Assembly: GCA_963842525.1 (NCBI GenBank)
Contig: CAWJGT010000003.1
Span: 1 to 64,000, forward strand
Length of the DNA stretch: 64,000 nt
Source: an uncultured Holophagales bacterium
GTDB taxonomy: Bacteria > Acidobacteriota > Thermoanaerobaculia > Multivoradales > UBA5704
Direction: 5' to 3'
Shown piece by piece: positions 19,878 to 34,886 of the stretch; the stretch's first letter is position 1, and every line of letters starts with the position of its first letter. The position numbers and the translations under genes were made by a program. The notes under the pieces were generated by a model. The model made no database searches and was not told the DNA's origin. It saw only the letters and a list, made by a program, of their open reading frames with translations.

Positions 19878-19985
19878 GAGCGGGCCGGCAGCACGGAGCC
19901 CAGGGCATCGGCCTGCGGCCTCAGCCCTGAGCTCTTGCGAGTAATCGGCTGGAACCTAATCTGGCACCTTATCTGGGGGGGCCGG

Positions 19986-20471
19986 TCATGGGGACGGCGG
20001 CAGGCACTCGATGTCCGCCGCCGCCGCCCTCTGCTTGATGAGGTTGTAGCACGCCTGGCCCTGCTCCACGGTGATGAATTGCGCGACAGTGTTGAAGTTG
20101 CCGCAGAACGCCTCGGGCGCAATCGCCGCTACCGGGATGAAGTCGCTCGAGGTAAACAGGGCCACGATCTCGGAACCGGGTTCGGAGTTTTCGGTGCACG
20201 ACAGCAGGGTGCCGTTCTGGCCGTTCAGCGTCTCGATGAAGCCGGGGTACTCCCCGACGCACGGGCAGTCGAAGCACGATCCCGCGACGTCGCCATGGCC
20301 CAGGTGAGCCGATAAGGCGTTCTCGCTGATGGAGATGGTGTGGAAGTTGCCCGGGTTGCCGGGCGGGAAGTGGCAGACCTGGACCTTGTTCTTGCCCGCC
20401 CAGGCCGCCGTGGCGGTCAGAACGAGCAGCGTCAGCAGAGTGGTGAAACTCAGGTTCCTAGGATGCATCAT
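19986..20471 (-). CDS. Secreted Cys-rich hypothetical protein with CHxPPGNP...HGD module
   Basis: Signal peptide (AWA-G), VCHFPPGNPGNFHTISIS..A..AHLGHGD..GSC; GGAGG RBS. Confidence 0.75.
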   Translation of the reverse strand: MMHPRNLSFTTLLTLLVLTATAAWAGKNKVQVCHFPPGNPGNFHTISISENALSAHLGHGDVAGSCFDCPCVGEYPGFIETLNGQNGTLLSCTENSEPGSEIVALFTSSDFIPVAAIAPEAFCGNFNTVAQFITVEQGQACYNLIKQRAAAADIECLPPSP

Positions 20472-20661
20472 ACATTCCTCCTGTTGAAATTCGCCCGCCG
20501 TGGGCGAGTCTCTCCGGGCCCAGGACAGCAGAAGATCCAGGCGTGGGCGAGCTTCGTGCTCACCACGGAAGTTCTTCTTGCCAAGAGCTGTGGGACCGAC
20601 GATCCCAGGATAGCAGCCGGAGAAGCTGGCGTACATCCTCTCTAGCGATGAGGCGGCACGT

Positions 20662-20793
20662 GGCCTTTGTGGTGACGGAGGCCTTGAGACGCCCTGAACG
20701 CGGTGGTATCCACAAGCGCGGTGGTCGCGGACTAGGGCGTCTCTACGCGGGACGAAATGTGATAGGGCTTGACGTCCACCCTTTCAATGCCTC
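20662..20793 (-). repeat. GTAG-type palindromic element, copy 2
   Basis: GAGACGCCCT (20686-20695) / AGGGCGTCTC (20734-20743) + TAC; about 50 nt identical to 9392-9443. Confidence 0.8.
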
Positions 20794-21592
20794 GAGCTGT
20801 GGGTACACTCGAAGGTCGCCGTTCATCCCGGGTGCTCCGCCGCCGTGGCCGTAGCTCCGCTGCGGCCCTTCTCCCTGCACGCCGAAGCCATATCCGTACT
20901 GCTCCTGTTGCTCACGGGTCGCTTCGGCGAGCATCGACTTGGAGATCAGCTTCCCCGACTCCAGCGCCTGCGCGAACCGCATGAGATCGCCGACCGTCGA
21001 GTAGCCGCCGCCCGCGGACGTGCCCCTCCACGGGAGCGTTTCGGTATTCGGCACCCAGGTATCGCGGGACCTCATGTATCCGGCAGACCGGCTCGGCACG
21101 TCCTCGGTTTCAGGCAGGGAGTCGGTGGAGGTCATGCCGGCCGGCTGGAAGATCTTGCTGCGCACGTAATCATAGTAAGACGTACCAGTCACTTTTTCGA
21201 TGAGCGCGCCGAGCAGGACGAAGCCATAGTTCGAGTACTCGTACCGCGCACCCGGCGCGTACTTGAGCCCGCGCGGGCCATAGAGCTTCACATAGTCGCT
21301 GTGCTCCCGCAGCGTCAGGCGGTTCCGCTCGAACGCGGGACCGAAAATGTTGCCGGTGCCTCCGGTATGCGTGAGCAGGTGCCGCACGGTGACCTGCGAG
21401 GCCACGTCCTTGTTCGGATAGTCGGTGAGATATTTGCCGATGGGGTCGTTCCGCGCGAGCTTGCCGGCCTCGACGAGCTGCAGCGTCGCGACCGCGGTGG
21501 ACATCTTTCATCGAGCCGAGGCGGAACTTCGTCTCGGGCGTATTGGGAGTGCCAGCCTCCCGGTTCGCAAGGCCCCAGGCTTTCTTCCCCAA
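20794..21592 (-). pseudogene. Serine hydrolase / beta-lactamase family fragment
   Basis: FRLGSM..K (frameshifted), LLTHTGG, YSNYGF, HGGGAPG; lacks both normal termini. Confidence 0.85.
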
Positions 21593-21693
21593 AAATTGAA
21601 GGGCTCCATACGGAGCCCTTCAGAACCGACCGGAAGTCCTCGGGGCAGCCAGTGTGCTGGTTGGCTGTCCCCGAGGAGACCGCTGCGTGGACC

Positions 21694-27027
<5,334 letters not shown>

Positions 27028-27401
27028 GGGATCTTCTTTCTGGGCTGCGAGGTTCGAGTCCGCTAAATCCTTGGGCCCGCAGGGCATGGGTACAAAGCAC
27101 TACGCACAGGCAGCTCTCCTACACCGCCTGACCAGGCACTACAGGACGACCTTCTTCTTCTCCGGACCTAAGCGAGGACTACAAGAGAAGCACCTTGTAT
27201 CTGTTCCAGAAACCGGGCCAGAGTACCAGAAGGCCCCCAGAGGTTGCAAGCCTGCTCCACCTCAAAGGCGTCCTCCCGAATGGAGCCCGGTGTCCTCTCG
27301 GTGGGTCACTTCTTTCGTTGCGCCGCCCGGCGAGGGCCGGCACCTCCCTTGCTGCTGCAGGATGTCTGTCGATGGGGCCTCTCAAACCAAAAGGAGGGGG
27401 G

Positions 27402-27992
27402 ATGAAACTCTCTTTTCCGTGGGTGTTCGTGGCGACGCTGGTTGCCTTGCCCTTGACGGGCCAGCAGCCTCAGGCCGAGATTCCAGTTCTCGATGAAACG
27501 ATTGACGTCCGGGTCGTCAATGTCGAGGCGGTGGTCACCTCCGCGTCGGGCGAGCGGGTGCGCGGTTTGTCGGCGGAGGACTTCCGGCTGCTGGTGGATG
27601 GAGTGGAGGTGCTGGTCGAGTACTTCACGGAGGTCGCGGAGGGGACGTCGGTGGCGGCGGCGCCCAGTGCTCCGGTCTCCGCGGGCGAGGAGGTGGGGCG
27701 GAGCTATCTGGTTTATGTGGACGACTCGTTCTCCCTTGCCAACCGGCGCAACGAGGTGTTGGAGAAGCTCGAGCGCGACCTCGCGCTGCTCCGCCGCGCA
27801 GACCGGATGGCGGTCCTCGCATTCGACGGCTCCCGCATCGACGTGCTCTGCGGCTGGACCGGCGAAGCGGGGAAGCTCCGCGAGGCGCTCGCCGCGGCCC
27901 GGCAGCGCCCGGCTCAGGGTGGAGCCCTGCTGGCACGACAGCGGGCCCTGCAGGCCGACGTGGAGGAACGAAGCGAATCGCTCTTGTGCTGA
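27402..27992 (+). pseudogene. VWA-related acidobacterial domain protein, 3'-truncated
   Basis: Signal peptide, ETIDVRVVNVEAVVT..G..V.GL..EDF; ends early compared with typical family members. Confidence 0.7.
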
Positions 27993-28008
27993 TAACCTCC
28001 GCTCTGCC

Positions 28009-28386
28009 ATGGACGAGAGCCCGCCCGACATCCTCGCAGTGGACCGGAAGATCGATCCGGCCGATCTGGCACGCCTCGCGGCTGCATTCTTCGAGGATAT
28101 GGTCAAGTATGTAGTCGATGTCGAGAAAGGCAGAGCCGCTGTCGGCGGCGAGCTCCATGCAGATGCCGAGCAGCTCCTCCTCCAGGAAGGCAGCCTTCAG
28201 CCCGATCTGTGGGGAGCCAACTACTACCCGGGCAAAGGCCGGGAAGGTTGCATCGAATACACCTCGCTCATCAACATCCGGCCCTCGCAGGGAAACCGCG
28301 GGATGGAAATCATGGATCCTGCGATCCGTGAGCGTGTTCGCGAGCTCACATTCGCATTGATTGGAGAAGGAGAGCCGCTCGCGTGA
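28009..28386 (+). CDS. DUF5674-like protein
   Basis: DMVKYVVDVE...GGELHADAEQLLL..GS.Q.DLWGAN...SLINIRPSQGNRGMEI.D. Confidence 0.7.
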   Translation: MDESPPDILAVDRKIDPADLARLAAAFFEDMVKYVVDVEKGRAAVGGELHADAEQLLLQEGSLQPDLWGANYYPGKGREGCIEYTSLINIRPSQGNRGMEIMDPAIRERVRELTFALIGEGEPLA

Positions 28387-28733
28387 GCCAGCACGCTTCA
28401 CTTTCGCCCGAGCGCTGGGCGCGCTTCAGTCTCGATCAGCAGGTACTGATGATCGGCAACGAAATGAACCGGGCATCGCAATGGAGGACCGAGGAGGACT
28501 GGCCGAGCCTTCAGCGCTTGTATGAGCGGGTGTTGCGGCTGGTCGACCTGACGGTGGAGGTGCAGAAAAAGCCGACTTTCCGCCGGGAACTCCTTCGCTG
28601 GCGGGACCTCATTGCGGCTCTCTACATCGGCTCCGGCCCCAACCCGCAGGAGCACGCCACCGCTTTTCGCTCTCTCCTCCTTCTGACGCCAACGGCGGCC
28701 AGACAGATCCCTTTCGTGCTTGGTGACACGTAG
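28383..28733 (+). CDS. Hypothetical helical protein coupled to the DUF5674-like gene
   Basis: GTGA overlap; RW...SL..Q...IGNE..RA...YER.L.L.DLT pattern. Confidence 0.65.
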   Translation: MSQHASLSPERWARFSLDQQVLMIGNEMNRASQWRTEEDWPSLQRLYERVLRLVDLTVEVQKKPTFRRELLRWRDLIAALYIGSGPNPQEHATAFRSLLLLTPTAARQIPFVLGDT

Positions 28734-28771
28734 GTCTGTCCCTGCCCGGCTCTCCCGGCGTTCGGCCGCTC

Positions 28772-28800
28772 TTGACCCGCGGACCGCGGGGCGGTATCCT
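28772..28800 (+). promoter_or_regulatory. Sigma70-type promoter of tRNA-Pro
   Basis: TTGACC (28772-28777), 17 bp, TATCCT (28795-28800). Confidence 0.6.
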
Positions 28801-28839
28801 CCCGCTCTCGCGGCGGGATGTCCCGCGCAAACCTGTCTT

Positions 28840-28916
28840 CGGGGCGTAGCTCAGCTTGGTAGAGCGCACGGTTCGGGACCGTGAGGCCGGAGGTTCAAAT
28901 CCTCTCGCCCCGACCA
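28840..28916 (+). tRNA. tRNA-Pro (CGG)
   Basis: CGGGGCG/CGCCCCG acceptor stem, anticodon arm CACGG-TTCGGGA-CCGTG, GGTTCAAATCC T-arm, encoded CCA. Confidence 0.97.
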
Positions 28917-29000
28917 TTTCCCTCCTCAGCAGCGATCGCCCGACCGGGAAACACCCTCTCCGGGCGCGGATGCCCTACCTTATTAGATAGGAGAAACCCG

Positions 29001-30548
29001 ATGGCCAGGATCGGAGCTGCTTTCGCCACCCTCTTGCTGCTCGCCGGCATGGCGGCGGCCCAGGACGGGACCCGCGTCCGCGACCAGGTGCGCGCCTGGC
29101 GGACGGCGCACGAGGCGGAGATCGTCCGCGAGCTCGCGGACCTGCTGGCCCTCCCCAATGTGGCCAGCGATCTCGGCGACATCCGGCGCAACGCCGACCA
29201 CCTGATGGGGATGCTGCGCCGCCGCGGCTTCGAGGCCCGGCTGCTCGAAGGTGGGGAGGGGAGCCGCCCGGCGGTCTTCGGCGAGCTGAAGACTCCTGGC
29301 GCCCGCCGGACGGTGGTCTTCTATGCCCATTACGACGGCCAGCCGGTCGATCCGTCCCGGTGGCATTCGGACCCGTGGAAGCCGGTGCTGCGGACCGGGC
29401 CTCTGGGCGGCGAAGGGGTGCGCGAGGTCGGCCATGCCGAGATGACTGAGATGAAGGGACCCTTCGGGCCGGAGTGGCGGATCTTCGCCCGTTCGGCGAG
29501 CGACGACAAAGCGCCCATCGTGGCTCTTCTCGCCGCTCTCGACGCCTTGCGCACGTCCGGCGTCCGGCCATCGGTCAACATCAAGCTCTTCCTGGAAGGG
29601 GAGGAGGAGGCCGGCTCGCCCCATCTGACCGATCTCCTGCAACGGCATGCCGGCCTGCTCGCCGCCGACGCCTGGATCCTCTGCGACGGGCCGGTCCACC
29701 AGACCCGGCGGATGCAGGTCTATTTCGGGGCGCGCGGGGTTTCCGGCCTGGAGATGACGATCTATGGACCGCTGCGTCCCCTGCACAGCGGCCACTATGG
29801 CAACTGGTCGCCCAATCCCGCGGTCGCGCTGGCGCACCTGATTGCGAGCCTGCGGGACACCGAGGCGCGCATCCTGATCCCCGGGTTCTATGACGACGTG
29901 CGGCCGATCACCGATGCGGAGCGGCAGGCGATCGCCGGCCTGCCGCCGGTCGAGGCGGATCTCCAGCGGGAGCTTGCGCTCGGCCGCACGGAGGGGAAGG
30001 GAGCGCGGCTCCAGGAGCTGGTCATGCAGCCGGCCCTGAACCTGCGCGGTCTCGCCTCCGGCAGGGTCGGGGATGAGGCAGCCAACGTGATCCCCACCGA
30101 GGCGCGCGCCTCGATCGACTTCCGGCTGGTGCCGGACCAGACCCCCGAGCGGGTGCGCCAGAAGGTGGAGGACCACCTGCGCCGCCAGGGGTGGCACATC
30201 GTCTCCGCGGAGCCGGACGCCGAGACCCGGAGGTCGCACCCGCGGCTCGTCCGCCTCGACTGGGAGCTGGCCTATCCTCCGGCGCGCACGGACATGACTC
30301 TGCCTGTCTCGCGCGCCGTGGTGAAGGCCGCCGGCGAGGCGGCGGGCGGATCGGTGCTCGAGATGCCCATCCTGGGAGGCAGCGTGCCGATGTACCTCTT
30401 CACGGAGGCCCTGAAGGTGCCGATCCTCGGCGTGCCCATCGTCAACCACGACAACAACCAGCACGGGGCCGACGAGAACCTCCGGCTGCAGAACCTCTGG
30501 GACGGGATCGAGGTGTACGCGACGCTGATGGCGCGGCTGGAGTGGTGA
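29001..30548 (+). CDS. M20/M25/M40 family metallo-hydrolase, secreted
   Basis: Signal peptide, YAHYDGQP, ASDDK, EGEEEAGS, LHSGHYG, NQHGADEN. Confidence 0.93.
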   Translation: MARIGAAFATLLLLAGMAAAQDGTRVRDQVRAWRTAHEAEIVRELADLLALPNVASDLGDIRRNADHLMGMLRRRGFEARLLEGGEGSRPAVFGELKTPGARRTVVFYAHYDGQPVDPSRWHSDPWKPVLRTGPLGGEGVREVGHAEMTEMKGPFGPEWRIFARSASDDKAPIVALLAALDALRTSGVRPSVNIKLFLEGEEEAGSPHLTDLLQRHAGLLAADAWILCDGPVHQTRRMQVYFGARGVSGLEMTIYGPLRPLHSGHYGNWSPNPAVALAHLIASLRDTEARILIPGFYDDVRPITDAERQAIAGLPPVEADLQRELALGRTEGKGARLQELVMQPALNLRGLASGRVGDEAANVIPTEARASIDFRLVPDQTPERVRQKVEDHLRRQGWHIVSAEPDAETRRSHPRLVRLDWELAYPPARTDMTLPVSRAVVKAAGEAAGGSVLEMPILGGSVPMYLFTEALKVPILGVPIVNHDNNQHGADENLRLQNLWDGIEVYATLMARLEW

Positions 30549-30551
30549 GGT

Positions 30552-30668
30552 GACAAAGGACTAAAGGACCACAAGGACAGCAAGGACTCCAAGGACGACA
30601 GGGGAGGGGGTGTCCCTGTTGTCCTTGCTGTCCTGGGGGCCAGGGGGCCAGGGGGACAGGGGGTGAGG
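30552..30668. repeat. Intergenic 9-bp AAGGAC repeats with inverted copy and half REP-like element
   Basis: aaggactaaaggaccacaaggacagcaaggactccaaggac followed by gtccctgttgtccttgctgtcct. Confidence 0.6.
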
Positions 30669-30813
30669 TTGCGGCTCCGGGTCAAATCTTCTATCCTACG
30701 ACCCAATAGAAAGCGTGCAAGCGCGGGAAATTCGCGCTCCCAGGGGCCGGAGCGCCTTCCGCGGAGAGAGCCGTAGCAGGGCTGTTCCCCGCCGGCGGCA
30801 AGGAGACACAGGG

Positions 30814-32472
30814 ATGGAGCCAGAGTCGACGGTCCGTGCCGGAGGACGGCCGCTGCCCGAGTGGGTTACCCAGCTCACCGAGAGCGCTCTGCTCGGATGG
30901 ATGGCGGTCGTGCTCCTCACCCTTGCCGGATTCGTGCTCCTGTCCGCGGCGCAAGCTCCCTCCGTGGTGACCTGGTTGTTCGTCGCGCTCGGCGCCGGCG
31001 GGGTGGTGGCTTATGGCTTTCTGGTCTATCCGTTCTGCCGGCGGCTGGAGCGGCGGCTGCCCGAGGCCGAGGAGCGCTGGCAGCGCCTGGAAGGCCACCT
31101 GGTCGCGGTGTTCGACGAGCTCGGGGCCGGCGACCTGGTGCGCTCGGACCGGCATACGCGGAGTCTCCCGGACAAGCTGTCGCGGGTCTGCCAGGCGGCC
31201 AGCGAGTCGCTCAGCCACCTTGCCCAGCAGATCCAGGACAGCTCGATCGAGGTGGCCTCGGCGGCCGACGCGGTCAACAAGATCGCCTCCGACCTGGCCT
31301 CGGGGTCGCAGCAGCAGGCGGCGTCGGTCGTCCAGATCACGGCTGCCATGGAGGAGCTGGCGCGCACCGCTTCGCAGATCGCCGAGAGCGCCGGCCGCCA
31401 GGCCGTGCTGGCCGCCCGGGCCGAGGCGAGCGGCGATGCCGGAGCCGTGGCCGTGGACGCCGCGGTGAACGGGGTCGAGGAGGTCCAGAAGCGGATCAGC
31501 ACCATTGCCGCCCGGGCCGATGCGCTGGGGTCGCGCTCGAAGGAGATCTACCGCGTCCTCGACCTGATCAACGAGATTGCGCAGGAGACCCATATCCTGT
31601 CCCTCAATGCGGCCATCGAGGCCGCGGCGGCCGGCACTGAAGGACGGCGTTTCTCGGTGGTGGCAGAGGAGGTCCGGCACCTCGCGCACCGCTCGCAGGA
31701 GTCGGTCGAGTCGGTGCGCGGCCTGCTCGACGAATTCTCGGGCTCGATCCGCACCACGATCGTCGCCACGGAGGAGGGGAGCAAGGAGGCGAGCCGGGTG
31801 CTGGAGCGGGCCCGCTCGGCCTCGACGGCGATCGCCGAGCTGCGCCACGCTTCGGCCGACACCTCCCGGGTGGCGCAGCAGATCTCGATGGCCACCCAGC
31901 AGCAGAACGCCGCCTCGGACGAGGTGGTGATGACCCTGCGCGAGGTCAGCCAGGTGGTGCAGCGCATGACCGGCGGGCTCAGGAACCTGTCGAGCACGGC
32001 CGACCGTTTGAACCAGCTCGGCCTGACGATCCAGCTCCTGGCGCAGTCGTTCCACCTGGAATCCCCCCGTTCGCTCAAGCACCTGGTCGAGGAATGGTCG
32101 CAGAAGCTCCAGCGGGTCGGCTCCGCGGAGCTCGAGCCGATGCTCGCCGAGATGGTACAGGGTGCCCCCTTCATCCAGATGGGCTATTTCGTCGATACGA
32201 GCGGCTACACGGTGGCCCTCTCCTGCAACCGCGGCCTCGCCCAGGACAACGGGCACGCGATGACGGCCAACATGCGGGAGATCGACATGACGCGCCGCCC
32301 CTGGTACCGGGCGGTGTCGCGCGAGAAGCGCTCGACGCTCACGCCGCCGTACGATTCGCTTTTCAACGGCGAGAAGGTCTTCACGGTCGCCTCGCCCATG
32401 CTCGGCCGCGACGGCTCGTTCCTCGGCGTGGTCGGGATCGACATCAACGTCACGGGATGGACCAGGATCTGA
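30814..32472 (+). CDS. Methyl-accepting chemotaxis protein with C-terminal Cache/PDC-like domain
   Basis: 2 TM; IAQETHILSLNAAIEAA...FSVVAEEVR hairpin; C-terminal RPWYR...TPPY...TVASP...GVVGID. Confidence 0.9.
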   Translation: MEPESTVRAGGRPLPEWVTQLTESALLGWMAVVLLTLAGFVLLSAAQAPSVVTWLFVALGAGGVVAYGFLVYPFCRRLERRLPEAEERWQRLEGHLVAVFDELGAGDLVRSDRHTRSLPDKLSRVCQAASESLSHLAQQIQDSSIEVASAADAVNKIASDLASGSQQQAASVVQITAAMEELARTASQIAESAGRQAVLAARAEASGDAGAVAVDAAVNGVEEVQKRISTIAARADALGSRSKEIYRVLDLINEIAQETHILSLNAAIEAAAAGTEGRRFSVVAEEVRHLAHRSQESVESVRGLLDEFSGSIRTTIVATEEGSKEASRVLERARSASTAIAELRHASADTSRVAQQISMATQQQNAASDEVVMTLREVSQVVQRMTGGLRNLSSTADRLNQLGLTIQLLAQSFHLESPRSLKHLVEEWSQKLQRVGSAELEPMLAEMVQGAPFIQMGYFVDTSGYTVALSCNRGLAQDNGHAMTANMREIDMTRRPWYRAVSREKRSTLTPPYDSLFNGEKVFTVASPMLGRDGSFLGVVGIDINVTGWTRI

Positions 32473-32473
32473 C

Positions 32474-32920
32474 ATGGCCGGCCTCGGTGGCGGACGCAGG
32501 GGCCTCACGGCCGGCAGCCATCTGCTGGTGCAGGCCGGGGAGTACGTCTGCGCCCTGCCGATCGGGTCGGTCCGCCGCGTGCTGCGCTCCCTGCCCGTCC
32601 ACCCGCTGCCGGGCTCGGCCGTGGAGCTCAAGGGGCTCGCGGAGTTCGCCGGCGAGCCGCTGCCCGTCCTCGACCTCGCCCGCCTGGTCGACGCGCCGCC
32701 GGCCGCCCATCCGAGCTACCCGGTGACGGTCGTGGTCTGGGTGGGGTCGCCGTCCGAGCGCGAGCTGGTCGGCCTGGCTGCGGATGCGGCCCTGGACGTG
32801 GCCGAGGTGCCGCCGTCGTCGGTGGTCGGCGGGGACGGCGGCTTGGTCCTCGGGGAGGCTCCGCTCGGGGAGGCGTCGGTGCGGGTGCTCAACCTCGAAG
32901 CCCTGGGGCAGGCACATTGA
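32474..32920 (+). CDS. cheW: CheW coupling protein
   Basis: ALPIGSVRRV...P.PG...G....GEPLPVLDL...VGLAAD. Confidence 0.85.
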   Translation: MAGLGGGRRGLTAGSHLLVQAGEYVCALPIGSVRRVLRSLPVHPLPGSAVELKGLAEFAGEPLPVLDLARLVDAPPAAHPSYPVTVVVWVGSPSERELVGLAADAALDVAEVPPSSVVGGDGGLVLGEAPLGEASVRVLNLEALGQAH

Positions 32921-33255
32921 GCGCGCCGGCGGCGCCATCGGGACGGGGCTGGCTGTTGCTGCGCGGCGGCGGCGCGCTGTGGGGGGTGGAGAACGCCGCG
33001 GTGCAGGGGCTGGCGCGCCACGGCGGAGTTTTCCGGATTTCGCTCGCCGGGCGGATGCTCTACGCCGACGAGGTCCTCGGAGTGGTGCCGGACCTCGCGG
33101 TGCGGCCGGTCTCCCGGGTGCTGCGGCGCTTCTGGCCCGAGCCGGCCGGCGGTATGGCCGTGCACGCCGAGGAGCCGCTGATGATCGTCGATCCCCGGGT
33201 GCCGCCGCGCGCGCTCGTGGAAGGAGAGGTCGAGGATGGCGAAGGTCGCGACTGA
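32917..33255 (+). CDS. Degenerate CheW-like protein
   Basis: LYADEVLGV...GMAVHAEEPLMIVDP; translationally coupled in the operon. Confidence 0.55.
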   Translation: MSAPAAPSGRGWLLLRGGGALWGVENAAVQGLARHGGVFRISLAGRMLYADEVLGVVPDLAVRPVSRVLRRFWPEPAGGMAVHAEEPLMIVDPRVPPRALVEGEVEDGEGRD

Positions 33256-34864
33256 AGCGGGCAACCACCCCCTGACCGGCCTGTGGATCGCGGCCGGGGC
33301 CGCCTTCTCCGGCCTTGCGCTGATGGCCGTGGCCGAGGCCTGGGGAGCCCAGGGGTGGCTCTTCGAGGCCTATCTCCTGATCGCCGGGTTGCTGGTCGCC
33401 CTCTACGCCTGGTACATCTATGGCGGCCAGCGGCTCCGCAGCCGCCAGGTGGAGGAGGCCGAGGCGCGCAACCGGCGGGCCGAGACGGCGCTGGTCCAGG
33501 CCCTCGAACGGCTGCGGATGGGAGACCTGGTCAACTGCGCGGAGCGGTCGCGCGAGCTGCCGGGCCGGCTGGCGGCGAGCTTCGCCAATGCCACCAACGC
33601 GCTCGACATGCTGGCGCAGCAGATCCAGGAGAGCTCGATCGAGGTGGCCGGGGCGGCCAACTCGGTCAACGAGATCGCCACGGAGCTGGCCTCCGGGTCC
33701 TCCCAGCAGGCGGCCTCGGTGGTGGAGATCACCGCCGCCATGGAGGAGCTGGCCCGCACCGCCTTCCAGATCGCCGAGAACGCGGCCACCCAGGCGAGCC
33801 TGGCGCAGAAGGCCGAGGAGGCCGGCGACCGCGGCAAGGCCGCGGTCGGCGAGGCGGTGCAGGGGATCGAAGAGGCGAGGAAGCGGATCCAGGGGATCGC
33901 CAGCCGCGCCGAGACCCTGGGCGTGCGCTCGCGCGAGATCTATCGCGTCCTCGACCTGATCACCGAGATCGCCCAGGAGACCCACATCCTCTCCCTGAAT
34001 GCCGCCATCGAAGCGGCGGCGGCGGGCGAGCACAGCCGGCGTTTCTCCGTGGTGGCCGAGGAGGTGCGCCGCCTTGCCCAGCGCTCCCAGGAGTCGGTCG
34101 ACTCCGTGCGCAACCTGCTCGACGAGTTCGCCAGCTCGATCCGCGCCACCATCGTGGCCACCGAAGAGGGGAGCCTGGAGGCCACCGGCGTGCTCGAACG
34201 GGCGCGCACCGCCGCCTCGGCCATCGACGAGCTGCGCACCACGGCGGGCGACAGCGCCCGGGTGTCGCGCGAGATCTCGCTCGCCACGCAGCAGCAGAAC
34301 GCCGCTTCCGACGAGGTCGTGCTCACCCTGAAGGAGGTGAGCTACGTGGTCCAGCGCATGGCTGACGGCCTCAAGCAGTTCACCGAGACCGCCGACCGCC
34401 TGCACCAGCTCGGGCTGGTCATCCAGATGCTGGCGCAGTCCTTCCATCTCGACTCACAGCACTCGCTCAAACATCTGGCCGAGTCCTGGGCGGGCGAGGT
34501 GCGCCGCCGGCTCGGCAATTGGGAGGCCATCGAGCGGCTGATCAACGAGCAGGTGCAGAGGAAGCCATTCGTCGAGTGCCTCTACTTCTACGACGGCCGG
34601 GGCGGGCAGGTGGCCCTCACGGTCAACCGCCAGCTCGTGGGCCATGGCGAGATCCCCCCGGCGGTCAAGGCGGGCGAGGGGTTCACCGAACGGCCCTGGT
34701 ACAGGGCGGCCGTGCACGAGAAGCACACCATCCTGACCCCGCTCTTCAACTCCCTGCTCACCGGCCAGCCGATCTTCACCGCCGCCACCCCGCTCTACGA
34801 ACGGGGCGACCTGGTGGGGGTCCTCGGCCTCGACGTCAACGTCGACAGTTGGACGAAGATCTGA
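33236..34864 (+). CDS. Methyl-accepting chemotaxis protein with C-terminal Cache/PDC-like domain (paralog)
   Basis: Same architecture as 30814-32472; ERPWYR...TAATP...GVLGLD. Confidence 0.9.
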   Translation: MAKVATEAGNHPLTGLWIAAGAAFSGLALMAVAEAWGAQGWLFEAYLLIAGLLVALYAWYIYGGQRLRSRQVEEAEARNRRAETALVQALERLRMGDLVNCAERSRELPGRLAASFANATNALDMLAQQIQESSIEVAGAANSVNEIATELASGSSQQAASVVEITAAMEELARTAFQIAENAATQASLAQKAEEAGDRGKAAVGEAVQGIEEARKRIQGIASRAETLGVRSREIYRVLDLITEIAQETHILSLNAAIEAAAAGEHSRRFSVVAEEVRRLAQRSQESVDSVRNLLDEFASSIRATIVATEEGSLEATGVLERARTAASAIDELRTTAGDSARVSREISLATQQQNAASDEVVLTLKEVSYVVQRMADGLKQFTETADRLHQLGLVIQMLAQSFHLDSQHSLKHLAESWAGEVRRRLGNWEAIERLINEQVQRKPFVECLYFYDGRGGQVALTVNRQLVGHGEIPPAVKAGEGFTERPWYRAAVHEKHTILTPLFNSLLTGQPIFTAATPLYERGDLVGVLGLDVNVDSWTKI

Positions 34865-34886
34865 GCGCCGTTCAATAGGAGCCTGT

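Noticed and set aside
28840-28916. tRNA-Pro as the integration site of the left island
   Set aside because: No duplicated tRNA end and no integrase found; the accessory DNA lies 5' of the tRNA and its promoter
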